Below the pieces are notes generated by a model. The model worked only from the letters and a program-made list of their open reading frames with translations, was not told where the DNA came from and ran no database searches. Shown here piece by piece: positions 32,382-41,432 of a DNA stretch of 64,000 bases; positions within the stretch are counted from its first letter, which is position 1, and each line of letters opens with the position of its first letter. A program made the translations under genes and the position numbers. The DNA comes from Candidatus Hydrogenedentota bacterium (GTDB lineage Bacteria > Hydrogenedentota > Hydrogenedentia > Hydrogenedentales > SLHB01), in assembly GCA_963745075.1 (NCBI GenBank), contig CAVUWV010000014.1, forward strand, positions 1-64,000, read 5' to 3'.

Positions 32382-33377
32382 TCACAGGCGGTCGGGCAGT
32401 TCGCGATAGTGGAACAACCGGTTAAAATCGAGCAGACCCGAAAGTGCCGTCGAGATGACGCGCATTCCCAGCTCTTCCAGTATAGCCACTGGGTTCAGGC
32501 CCCCGATGACGAGCGCGCCGATTCGGCCTTGGCTGACGGGGATTTGGAAGAGATCTCGCCCGGGCAAACCGACCTCGACCAAGCCGCCGAGGCCGATTGC
32601 GTCCAATTTCTGTGCGAGATCAATGGTGAGTTGCCGGCTTTCGGCGGGGAACTCCCGAAAGCTCGCCCCGATCCGGCCGTTGCCGGTTTCGATCGCGCCC
32701 AAGTAATCCGTCATGGCGCTACGGATGAAGATTTCGAGGGGATCGATACTCGTGCCGTCGTACGTAATGATCTCGAGAAACCGGCGCGGTCGCCCGTTGC
32801 GAAGTTCGAGCAGTCCCCCAAAGCGAGAGCGGGTGGGGATGCCGTGTTTCAGCAGGACGCCATTGAGTGTGATCGAACACACCGAGCAAAATCCCAGCAT
32901 TCCCTCAGGAACGGTGAGCTTTCCAATACGCTCGCCGGGCTGAAGCAATGCCAGCAGGGAACCCATGGCGTATCCTTTTTCGAAGACTCTGCACACCTTG
33001 TCTACGCATGACGTGAGTTGCTGGGCTTCTACGAGCGACGTGTTTACCACGACCGTACCGGTTCGCGTCGCGAGATCGAAGTTCATCCAATAGGTCATCT
33101 GGTCGATCTTTGCCGACAAGAAGCCGACGCGTTCCAAGGCCTGTGAAGCGTCCAGCTCCTCCAGCCCCTTTTCGGTAATGCGCCGTCCGCGCCGGCCCAG
33201 ATTACGGGTCAACCCCGTTTTATCGAGTTCAAGCAGGTCCAGTCGCACCGTGCGTTCGCTGACTTCGTACCCTTGATTGGAAAGCATCCGTGTTATGCCG
33301 GCGCTATTTACTGCTTCTTCACTTTCCCGCAGTGCGGTCAGAATTGCCAGTTTGCGCTTCTCTTTGTGCTCTGTCAT
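32382..33377 (-). CDS. nrpR: Nitrogen regulatory transcription repressor NrpR (wHTH plus one NRD domain)
   Basis: GYEVSERTVRLDLLELDKTGLT…GRRITEKGLEEL wHTH; GTVVVNTS, SVCSITLNGVLLKHGIP…FGGLLE, YDGTSIDPLEIFI, ASFREFP, IGGLNPVA. Confidence 0.88.
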   Translation of the reverse strand: MTEHKEKRKLAILTALRESEEAVNSAGITRMLSNQGYEVSERTVRLDLLELDKTGLTRNLGRRGRRITEKGLEELDASQALERVGFLSAKIDQMTYWMNFDLATRTGTVVVNTSLVEAQQLTSCVDKVCRVFEKGYAMGSLLALLQPGERIGKLTVPEGMLGFCSVCSITLNGVLLKHGIPTRSRFGGLLELRNGRPRRFLEIITYDGTSIDPLEIFIRSAMTDYLGAIETGNGRIGASFREFPAESRQLTIDLAQKLDAIGLGGLVEVGLPGRDLFQIPVSQGRIGALVIGGLNPVAILEELGMRVISTALSGLLDFNRLFHYRELPDRL

Positions 33378-33649
33378 CGGTCCGTCCTTGTTTTGGCACG
33401 GGTTTCAGAAGTTGGACCTGCGCGTTGGTGCGGCCATCATGCGTGCTTCCCAGGGGAGAACAAAAGCCCGCGCCGCAACCCATTCAAATCGGATCGATCG
33501 GATCGAATTGTGGTGTACCCCGGTTAAAACGCGCGGTCATCACGATTCAGCATCCCGCAAGAAGCGGGCTTTCTGCGCGTTCAGCTCCAAGTGGACGTTG
33601 ATTAAGATTGCGGTTGATAAGCTCCTACCGGCAAGACGCCAGGCATGTA

Positions 33650-33781
33650 TGGCAATATATTGCCAGATAGTACGGCTCATGTTGATGGCGATCAAGAAAA
33701 AATTTGCATTTTAGGCTATGATTTGCTTTTCTAAGGCTCCATTGTGGCATTTTATTGCCAATATTGTGGCAAGTAGATGCG
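33650..33781. promoter_or_regulatory. Candidate NrpR operators GGCA-N6-TGCC
   Basis: TGGCAATATATTGCCA (33650-33665, perfect palindrome), TGGCATTTTATTGCCA (33745-33760) and near match GGCAAGTAGATGCG (33768-33781) in the nrpR-hydC-like intergenic region. Confidence 0.6.
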
Positions 33782-33828
33782 GTGCGGCGTTGCCACGAAG
33801 AATTCGGGGGAATTCTGGGGGATCGCGT

Positions 33829-34344
33829 ATGGATCTGTCTGAGCTCGACACCATTCTAGACAGCAAAGGGACCGAACCGTTTGTCGTCATGGAAGTCCTT
33901 CAAGACGTTCAGGACGCCTACCGGTACCTGCCAGAGGAGGCCATCGTCCACATATCCGAACGGCTGGACGTGCCGGTCATCGAGGTGTTCCGGTTGGCCA
34001 ACTTCTATAAAGCGTTTTCCTTGAAGCCTCGCGGACGGCATCTCGTGACGGTTTGCGCGGGGACGGCCTGTCACGTCCAGGGTGCTCCCCGGTTGCTCGA
34101 TACTGTACTCAGCATCCTCGACACGAAGCCGGGCGAGACGACTTCCGATGGTGCTTTCACGGTGGAGACCGTCAATTGCCTTGGCGCCTGCGCTTTGGCT
34201 CCGGTCGTCGTGATAGACGGGCAGTACTACGACCACATGACGCCCGGGAAAGTGCAGTCCCTCATCGAGGATATCCGGTTCGATGACGAACTGGAGGAAG
34301 ATGATGAAGAAGAGGAGGCGCAGGCCAATGCCGGAACTGGATAG
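33829..34344 (+). CDS. NuoE/HydC-type [2Fe-2S] thioredoxin-like subunit
   Basis: LQDVQDAYRYLP, ANFYKAFSL.PRGRH, VCAGTACHVQG, VNCLGACALAP; acidic C-terminal tail. Confidence 0.93.
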   Translation: MDLSELDTILDSKGTEPFVVMEVLQDVQDAYRYLPEEAIVHISERLDVPVIEVFRLANFYKAFSLKPRGRHLVTVCAGTACHVQGAPRLLDTVLSILDTKPGETTSDGAFTVETVNCLGACALAPVVVIDGQYYDHMTPGKVQSLIEDIRFDDELEEDDEEEEAQANAGTG

Positions 34345-36181
34345 TGTCGCCTCCCTCGAAGGACGGCGTGAGGAGATCTGCCGCACGCTCGCGGGGTACG
34401 ACAAGATTGTCACCATGTGCAGCGGCACCGCGTGCCAGGCTTGCGGGTGTCAGCCCGTGGCACGAGCCATGGCGCGGGAATTGCAAAAGCAGGGTCTCGG
34501 GGACACGGTCCTGTTCCGGCGGACTGGTTGCCATGGGTTTTGCGAGCAAGGACCATTGGTGATTATCGATCCGGACGGCATTGTCTACGTCCATGTGACA
34601 CCGGATGACGTGCCCGAAATCGTCACATGCACGGTTCGTAACGGGGAGGTTCTGGATCGGCTTTCGTATACGGATCCCGTCTCGGACCGAGCGATCCGGA
34701 CTGAAGATGAGATCCCCTTTTACGCCGCACAAAACCGCTCTCTCCTTGGGGAAAATCGCCACGTTGCGCCGCGGGACGTCGACGACTACATCGCCCGGGA
34801 CGGATACGCGGCGTTGGCCAAGGTGTTGAACAGCATGACTCCGGAGGCGGTCGTGGACGAAATCATCCAGTCCGGTCTCCAGGGTCGCGGCGGAGGCGGC
34901 TATCCCACGGGCAAGAAGTGGAGTCAGTGCCGCAACGCCCTCGGGGAAACACGGTATGTGATCTGCAACGCGGACGAAGGCGACCCTGGTGCGTACATGG
35001 ACCGCAGTCTGCTCGAGGGGAACCCCCATTCCATTATCGAAGGGATGATCATCGGCGCTTTCGCGATTGGGGCCAGCCAAGGTTTTGTCTACGTGCGGAA
35101 AGAGTACCCCCTGGCGGTGGTGAATACCGGGGTAGCCCTGCGCCAAGCGCAGGCGCTCAATCTTCTCGGTGAGAACATTCTGGGGACGGGATTCGATTTC
35201 GACATCCAAGTCGTCCGCGGCGGGGGAGCATTTGTGTGCGGCGAATCGACCGCGCTGATGGCGTCGTTGGAAGGAAGGGTCGGCGAACCGCGCCCCAAAG
35301 ATATCCATACGGTTGAGCGCGGCTATTTGGGGCAACCGACGGTGCTGAACAATGTCGAAACGTGGGCCAATGTCCCGGCCATTATTCGCCACGGCGCGGC
35401 GTGGTTTGCAGATCAGGGCACCGAGCAGAGTAAAGGAACCAAGATTTTCGCACTGACGGGCCAGGTGAAGAACACGGGGCTCATCGAAGTCGAGATGGGC
35501 ACGACCCTTCAGAAAATTATCTTCGACATCGGCGGCGGACCCAAGAACGGGCGCGAGATTAAGGCCGTTCAAACCGGTGGACCTTCGGGCGGTTGCTTGC
35601 CGACGTCCCACTTTGACTTGCCCGTCGATTTCGACGCCCTATACGCGGCCGGCTCCATGATGGGGTCCGGCGGAATGGTTGTCATGGACGACTCGGCGTG
35701 CATGGTGGACGTCGCCAAGTACTTCTTGAATTTTCTCCAGGACGAGTCGTGCGGAAAGTGTGTTCCGTGCCGGATCGGTGTAGGCCGGCTACTGGAAATC
35801 GTCACGGATATTTCCGAGGGACGGGGCACGCTGGAGCAACTCGAACTGCTGGAAGAACTGTCGTGGACGATCTCCGTCAGTTCGCTTTGCGCCTTGGGGA
35901 AGACTGCGCCGAATCCCGTGCTTTCCACATTGAAGTATTTCCGAGACGAGTACCTGGACCACATCGAGAACAAGCATTGCGCCGCGGGTGTGTGCCGCGC
36001 CCTGATTCGCTACTCCATTGAGGATCGGCTTTGCGACCGCTGTGGCAAGTGCATCACGAACTGTCCGCACAAGGCGATCAAAGGCGACAAGGAAAGCGGA
36101 TACACGATTGACGACGAATTGTGCAACCGATGCGGCATCTGCTCCGATGCCTGTGAACAGCACGCGATACCCGTACGATGA
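34328..36181 (+). CDS. NuoF/HydB-type FMN/NAD(P)H-binding subunit with N-terminal [2Fe-2S] and C-terminal 2x[4Fe-4S]
   Basis: CSGTAC…TGCHGFC, GLQGRGGGGYPTG, CNADEGDPGAYMDR, GGGAFVCGES, ESCGKCVPC…SLC, HIENKHCAAGVC, CDRCGKCITNCP, CNRCGICSDAC. Confidence 0.94.
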   Translation: MPELDSVASLEGRREEICRTLAGYDKIVTMCSGTACQACGCQPVARAMARELQKQGLGDTVLFRRTGCHGFCEQGPLVIIDPDGIVYVHVTPDDVPEIVTCTVRNGEVLDRLSYTDPVSDRAIRTEDEIPFYAAQNRSLLGENRHVAPRDVDDYIARDGYAALAKVLNSMTPEAVVDEIIQSGLQGRGGGGYPTGKKWSQCRNALGETRYVICNADEGDPGAYMDRSLLEGNPHSIIEGMIIGAFAIGASQGFVYVRKEYPLAVVNTGVALRQAQALNLLGENILGTGFDFDIQVVRGGGAFVCGESTALMASLEGRVGEPRPKDIHTVERGYLGQPTVLNNVETWANVPAIIRHGAAWFADQGTEQSKGTKIFALTGQVKNTGLIEVEMGTTLQKIIFDIGGGPKNGREIKAVQTGGPSGGCLPTSHFDLPVDFDALYAAGSMMGSGGMVVMDDSACMVDVAKYFLNFLQDESCGKCVPCRIGVGRLLEIVTDISEGRGTLEQLELLEELSWTISVSSLCALGKTAPNPVLSTLKYFRDEYLDHIENKHCAAGVCRALIRYSIEDRLCDRCGKCITNCPHKAIKGDKESGYTIDDELCNRCGICSDACEQHAIPVR

Positions 36182-36191
36182 GGGATGAATT

Positions 36192-36833
36192 GTGTCAGAG
36201 CCGGTAACGATTGTCGTAGATGACGTGACCATCGAAACAACGCAAGGGGCGAACGTCCTTGAAGTCGCCCTCGAGGCGGGAGTCTGCATCCCGAATTTGT
36301 GTCATTTGCCGGAAGTGACACCCAGTGGGGCCTGTCGCGTCTGCCTCGTTGAGGTGGAGCGCAACGGACGAACGAAGATGACGGCCGCGTGCGCACTCGA
36401 AGCCAAGGACGGAATGGTCGTTCGGGCTCACACGGAAAACGTGGAACGGGCCCGGCGTAACATTGTCGAGTTGTTGTTGGCGGAAGCGCCGGAATCGGCG
36501 GTACTCCAAACCTTGGCCGAGCGGCTCTGCGTGGAAGAGGTCCATTACCCCGAACGCGAACGTGACTGCATTCTGTGCGGGCGTTGTGTAGCGACCTGCG
36601 CGGAGATCGCGAAAGAAGGGGCGTTGGGCATGATCGGTCGGGGCGCCAATCGCCACACCGGGCTGCCCTTCTACAAGGAGGAATACTGCTCGCAGTGTAA
36701 TGAATGTCATGACCGCTGCCCCATGGAAATCTCGCCCTCCGGAAGGAGCGGGGATAAATGCGGGGTCTGCGGCTCGGAATTGTCCGTGAACGAGGAGATT
36801 CCGGAAATCTGTGAAGAGTGCGTGCTGGGGTGA
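36192..36833 (+). CDS. Short NuoG/HydA-N/HoxU-like Fe-S relay subunit with no catalytic domain
   Basis: IPNLC…GACRVC…AAC [2Fe-2S], CILCGRCVATC, CSQCNECHDRCP, extra C-terminal CGVC…CEEC. Confidence 0.88.
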   Translation: MSEPVTIVVDDVTIETTQGANVLEVALEAGVCIPNLCHLPEVTPSGACRVCLVEVERNGRTKMTAACALEAKDGMVVRAHTENVERARRNIVELLLAEAPESAVLQTLAERLCVEEVHYPERERDCILCGRCVATCAEIAKEGALGMIGRGANRHTGLPFYKEEYCSQCNECHDRCPMEISPSGRSGDKCGVCGSELSVNEEIPEICEECVLG

Positions 36834-36921
36834 TTGGATTCTTTTTTGAGCACGCGTAGGGGGGGCTCTTGCCGCACATTTGTAAGCGGACGTTGGGGGC
36901 CGGAACAGGGAGTGTTAGACG

Positions 36922-38529
36922 GTGAATCTGCAAAGACCAAATTCAAACGACGTATCTCAAACCGAAAACCGATCGCTGAACGTAGTGCCTCAGTCGGGCC
37001 TCTGTACCCGGTGCATCGACGGGTGCAAGGGCAACTGCGAAGTGTTCAAGGCGACGTTCCGAGGGCGCGAAGTCATTTATCCCGGGCCGTTCGGCACGCT
37101 GACTGCCGGTGGGGACAAGGATTACCCGGTAGACTACTCCCACTTGAACATCCTGGGATATGCGTTCGGTGCCGATGGGCTTCCCGAAGGCGTCCCGGCT
37201 GATTCGGATCACGCCGTTTTCCCCAAGGTGAATACGGAGACCAGCTTCGGGTGCGAAAACAAGGTGAAGATGCGCGTGCCCGTTTTCACGGGTGCACTTG
37301 GTTCGACCGACATCGCCAAAAACAACTGGGGCCACTTCGCAGTCGGTGCGGCCATCAGTGGAATATCCCTGGTTTGTGGCGAGAACGTCTGCGGTATCGA
37401 CCCCGAGCTTGAACTGGACAGTCACGGCAAGGTCAAGAACGCGCCCGACATGAAACGCCGCGTGAACACCTATCGACGCTATCATGAAGACCCTTACGGG
37501 GACATCCTGGTACAAATGAACGTGGAAGACACGCGGTTTGGCGTGGCGGAGTACGTCATCGACCAACTCGGTGTAACGACCATGGAATTGAAGTGGGGGC
37601 AGGGCGCGAAATGCATCGGGGGAGAAATCAAGGTCAATACCCTCGAACGCGCGTTGGAACTTCAGAAGCGCGGCTACATCGTTACGCCCGATCCGTCCAA
37701 CCACGCCATCCAGGCCGCGTTTAAGGACGGCGCAATCAAGGAGTTCGAGCGCCATTCCCGGCTTGGCTTCATCGACCAGGAGACCTTCATGAAGGAGGTC
37801 GAGCGGCTCCGCGCCCTCGGGGCCAGGCGCGTCACGCTCAAGACGGGTGCGTATAGCATGCGCGAGTTGGCTATGGCCATTAAATGGTCGTCGGACGCGA
37901 AGATCGATCTGCTGACAATAGATGGCGCCGGTGGCGGAACGGGGATGAGCCCGTGGCGCATGATGGAAGAGTGGGGGATTCCCACGTTTTACCTCCAGTG
38001 CATGGCCAACGAGTTGTGCACGATGCTGAGCGAGAAAGGTGCGTACGTGCCGGATATCGCCATCGCCGGCGGATTCTCGACCGAAGATCACATTTTCAAA
38101 GTGCTCGCCATGGGAGCGCCTTACGCCAAGGCTGTCTGCATGGGACGCGCGCTGATGATCCCGGGAATGGTCGGCAAGAACATCGGTGAATGGATCGGCG
38201 CGAACAAACTCCCCAAATCCGTTTCGCCTTTCGGCCGAACCAAGGAAGAGATCTTTGTCTGTTACGAAGAGCTTCGCGCCCGCTACGGCGATGAAGTCGA
38301 TGAGTTCCCATTGGGCGCTATCGGCGTGTATAGCTTTGTGCAGAAACTCGAAATCGGGTTGCAGCAGCTCATGGCGGGTGCGCGGCGCTTCCGTCTCGAT
38401 ACCATCTGCCGCAAAGACGTAACAGCGTTGACCGAGGATGCGGCGAAAGTCAGCGGCATCCCGTATGTCATGAACGCCTACCGCGAAGAGGCCCTGGCCG
38501 TAATGAACGGCAATGGCCTTGCGAGTTAG
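36922..38529 (+). CDS. Stand-alone FMN-binding glutamate synthase domain protein (GltB central domain family)
   Basis: FTGALGS, CGEN, MELKWGQGAKCIGGE, LTIDGAGGGTGMSP, WGIPT, AIAGG, KVLAMGA, MGRA; N-terminal CTRCIDGCKGNC. Confidence 0.88.
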   Translation: MNLQRPNSNDVSQTENRSLNVVPQSGLCTRCIDGCKGNCEVFKATFRGREVIYPGPFGTLTAGGDKDYPVDYSHLNILGYAFGADGLPEGVPADSDHAVFPKVNTETSFGCENKVKMRVPVFTGALGSTDIAKNNWGHFAVGAAISGISLVCGENVCGIDPELELDSHGKVKNAPDMKRRVNTYRRYHEDPYGDILVQMNVEDTRFGVAEYVIDQLGVTTMELKWGQGAKCIGGEIKVNTLERALELQKRGYIVTPDPSNHAIQAAFKDGAIKEFERHSRLGFIDQETFMKEVERLRALGARRVTLKTGAYSMRELAMAIKWSSDAKIDLLTIDGAGGGTGMSPWRMMEEWGIPTFYLQCMANELCTMLSEKGAYVPDIAIAGGFSTEDHIFKVLAMGAPYAKAVCMGRALMIPGMVGKNIGEWIGANKLPKSVSPFGRTKEEIFVCYEELRARYGDEVDEFPLGAIGVYSFVQKLEIGLQQLMAGARRFRLDTICRKDVTALTEDAAKVSGIPYVMNAYREEALAVMNGNGLAS

Positions 38530-38645
38530 TCGGGGATCCGTTCAAATGATCAACGCCCACCGCCGGTATCGCAGCCGGTGGTGGGCGCAATTGATTGGAC
38601 CGGCGCTGATTGTACCCCTGTCTCGGCAGTCCGTCTGGATTTTCC

Positions 38646-38957
38646 CTATCCGGCAAGTTTCAGATATAGATCTTGGGTGTTGGACTTTCCGTCGCGGATG
38701 ACTTCGACGGAGATGTGGTAGAACCCCGGCGCCCGGTAGGTGTGCTTGTTTGGAAACCAGTTGGTTTCGATGGTGCCGTCGCCCCAATCCCAGCGGAACG
38801 GGCCGTCCGGATCCTGGATGGTGACGCCGTTTACGGAGACCGTCAGCCCGTTTACTTCCGGTTGGAGCAAGGTGATGGGGATTTTATGGTTGGTAGTGGC
38901 ACACCCCAGGAATACCGCGCACAACAACATCGACAAGGGATGGATCGCGATTCGCAT
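38646..38957 (-). CDS. Small PKD-domain lipoprotein
   Basis: Lipobox FLGC; WDWGDG…HTYRAPGFYHISVEV PKD signature. Confidence 0.8.
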   Translation of the reverse strand: MRIAIHPLSMLLCAVFLGCATTNHKIPITLLQPEVNGLTVSVNGVTIQDPDGPFRWDWGDGTIETNWFPNKHTYRAPGFYHISVEVIRDGKSNTQDLYLKLAG

Positions 38958-39075
38958 TCTCGTGTTCCTCCGATGGCCGTGCCCCTTTCTCCGCGATACT
39001 ACGTGATTGTGGCGAATGAAGCGAAATCCGGTTCGTGGACCAGTTGCTTCTGCGGTTATGCAAATCCGCCGGTAT

Positions 39076-39828
39076 CTACTTACCACCCGCAAGATCGATA
39101 AATGTGCCGGTTGCGTACGACGCTTCTTCCGACAACAGCCAGAGGATTGCGTGAGCTACTTCTTCCGGCTGACCGCCGCGCTTCATGGGGATAGCGTCTT
39201 TAATACGGTCCACACGACCGGGTTCGCCGCCGCTTGCGTGAATGTCGGTGTAGATGAACGCCGGTCGGACGGCGTTGACGCGAATGCCCTCGACCGCGAC
39301 CTCCTGGGAGAGGCCAATGGTGAACGTATCGATGGCACCTTTGGAAGCCGCGTAGTCAACATACTCGCCCGCGGATCCGAGACGGGAAGCGGCTGAAGAT
39401 ACGTTGACAATCGCTCCGCCATGACCGCCGTGTCGGGTCGACATGCGCCGGATTGCTTCGCGGGCACACAGGATACTTCCCGTAACGTTCGCCGCGAAGA
39501 TTCGGTTTAAACGCGCGGCGTTCATGTCTTCCACGCGCATTTGCGTTTCGAGGATACCGGCGTTGTTGACCAGGGCCGTGACGAGTCCCAGTTTTTCGTC
39601 CACCGTATTGAACAAGTCGACGACCTCGGACTCGACCGCGACATTTGCCGCGACGGCGATGGCCGTGCCGCCCCTGGATGTGATCTCCGACACGACTGCA
39701 TTCGCAGCGTCCCGGCGCTTCACGTAGTTTACGCACACCGCATACCCACGTGCCGCGGCCAGGCGAGCCGTCGCCGCACCGATGCCGCGACTGCCCCCGG
39801 TAATGACAATGACTTTATGTTCTTGCAA
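39076..39828 (-). CDS. SDR family oxidoreductase (YgfF/glucose 1-dehydrogenase-like)
   Basis: TTG start with RBS AGGAG; ITGGSRGIG, LVNNAG, NVSS, YAASKG, IRVNAVRP. Confidence 0.93.
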   Translation of the reverse strand: MQEHKVIVITGGSRGIGAATARLAAARGYAVCVNYVKRRDAANAVVSEITSRGGTAIAVAANVAVESEVVDLFNTVDEKLGLVTALVNNAGILETQMRVEDMNAARLNRIFAANVTGSILCAREAIRRMSTRHGGHGGAIVNVSSAASRLGSAGEYVDYAASKGAIDTFTIGLSQEVAVEGIRVNAVRPAFIYTDIHASGGEPGRVDRIKDAIPMKRGGQPEEVAHAILWLLSEEASYATGTFIDLAGGK

Positions 39829-40018
39829 TGGGATACTCCTAGCGTTGTGAAGCGGCAATAGTAACTTCGAGCCGGTCTTCAATTCGAGCGGGCCGGAATG
39901 AACTCCTTTCTTCGGTATTCGGCGACGCATTTTAAGAACAGCTTAAATCGGTGTACCGTAGACGACGGTGAACACAGTTTGGAAAACTGCAATCAATCTT
40001 TCAAAGGAGCCAATAACA

Positions 40019-41299
40019 ATGTCTGAATCCCATACCATGACGCGCAGGAGTATATTGGCCGCGGGAGTGGCTTCGGTGGTGGCGCCGGCGATTCTTCGTG
40101 GGGCGGAGCCGACGAGTGACCCCGTGCGCGTGGGCCATATCGGCTGCGGGACGCGCGGCTGGAATCTGACCAAATATACGGGAAGCATTGCGGACGCGAA
40201 GGTGGTCGCGGTATGCGACGTGTATGAGCCGCACCGGCAACGGGGGTTCGAGGCGGGAAATAATCCCGATGCCAAGCGCTACGAGAAGTACGAAGACCTG
40301 CTCGCCGACCCGAATGTGGAAGCGGTGATCATCGCGGTGCCGGATCATTCGCACGAACCGCTGGTGGTGGCCGCAGCGAACGCCGGGAAGGCCGTGTACT
40401 GCGAAAAGGGTTGGACGCGGTCCATCGAAGCGGCGAAACACATGCGCGAGGTCATTCGAAAACAGAAGACGGTGTTTCAGCTTGGCCACCAAGGGCGTCA
40501 GCACCCCGCAACCGCCGCCGCGGCTGAGTTGTTGCGCGATGGGCGGATTGGTCCCATCACGCTGATCAAGACTGGGCGTTATTTCAACGGCACCCTGGAA
40601 CGCGCACCCTGGCGGTGGTACGGCAACTACTCCTGGTACGACCGCCCCGACCCGAAGGAAGTGATCAAGAAACTCGACTGGGACAGGTGGCTCGGGTCGG
40701 CGCCGAAGATCGAGTTCAACGAGCGTCACTTCTGGCACTGGCGCTGCTATTGGCCGTACGGCACGGGTCAGGCCGGCGACTTGTTGTCCCACGAAATGGA
40801 CCACGTCCAGTGCGTACTGGGTTGGGGCATCCCGGACACCTGCCGGTGCACGGGCCAGCTCACGTATTACAAAGACGACCGCGATGTGCCGGACAATTGG
40901 TTGGCGGCCTACACCTTTGAGAAACAGAACTGTACGGTTACCTTCGAGGGCTGCATGAATTCCAACCGCTGTCAGGCCCCGGAGTACATCGGCAAGGACG
41001 GGCGCCTCGTATTCGACGGCATCGGCCAGGACGCCGCGAATTACAACATCTTCGATGACAAGCCCGCGTATCCTTTCAAAGGCGGCACGACCGAACCCGT
41101 CGAAAGCTTTGATCCATCGAAGGCCCCGCATTGGCCCACGCACATGCAGGACTTCCTCCAATGCGTACGCACCGGGGGCCGCCCCAAATGCAACGAGGAC
41201 GAAGCCTTTATCGAAGCCGCGACGCTCCTCATGAGCGTGGAGTCATACAGGCAAAAGCGCGAAGTGCGTTGGGACCCGGTGGGGGAGAGGATTGTATAG
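40019..41299 (+). CDS. Tat-exported Gfo/Idh/MocA family oxidoreductase
   Basis: MTRRSIL Tat motif, GHIGCGTRG, VAVCDV, AVPDHSH, AVYCEK, LDWDRWLG, HEMD. Confidence 0.92.
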   Translation: MSESHTMTRRSILAAGVASVVAPAILRGAEPTSDPVRVGHIGCGTRGWNLTKYTGSIADAKVVAVCDVYEPHRQRGFEAGNNPDAKRYEKYEDLLADPNVEAVIIAVPDHSHEPLVVAAANAGKAVYCEKGWTRSIEAAKHMREVIRKQKTVFQLGHQGRQHPATAAAAELLRDGRIGPITLIKTGRYFNGTLERAPWRWYGNYSWYDRPDPKEVIKKLDWDRWLGSAPKIEFNERHFWHWRCYWPYGTGQAGDLLSHEMDHVQCVLGWGIPDTCRCTGQLTYYKDDRDVPDNWLAAYTFEKQNCTVTFEGCMNSNRCQAPEYIGKDGRLVFDGIGQDAANYNIFDDKPAYPFKGGTTEPVESFDPSKAPHWPTHMQDFLQCVRTGGRPKCNEDEAFIEAATLLMSVESYRQKREVRWDPVGERIV

Positions 41300-41432
41300 C
41301 CGGTCGAATTGTCCTGACAACGTGGTGCGTCGGTGTAAGACTCACGCTTTCCGGTTGACAATATAGCTCCCCGGGCAAATTTTGGCGGGTGGGGAGAATT
41401 ACCCCGCCGCTACGCGCAATGAGGGACCAAAC

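Noticed and set aside
33745..33760. Sigma54 -24/-12 promoter (TGGCA…TTGC)
   Set aside because: Only 9 nt separate GG and GC, whereas sigma54 needs 10; the palindromic operator reading fits better
33829..36833. Respiratory complex I nuoEFG or an [FeFe]-hydrogenase
   Set aside because: No other nuo genes nearby, the F subunit has extra ferredoxin domains, and the third subunit lacks both the H-cluster domain and the NuoG C-terminal domain
16237..41161. Long antisense ORFs (e.g. 16237-17652, 22021-23481, 34262-35611, 36943-38091, 40001-41161)
   Set aside because: They mirror well-supported genes on the opposite strand and have no motifs; they are typical shadow ORFs of GC-rich DNA
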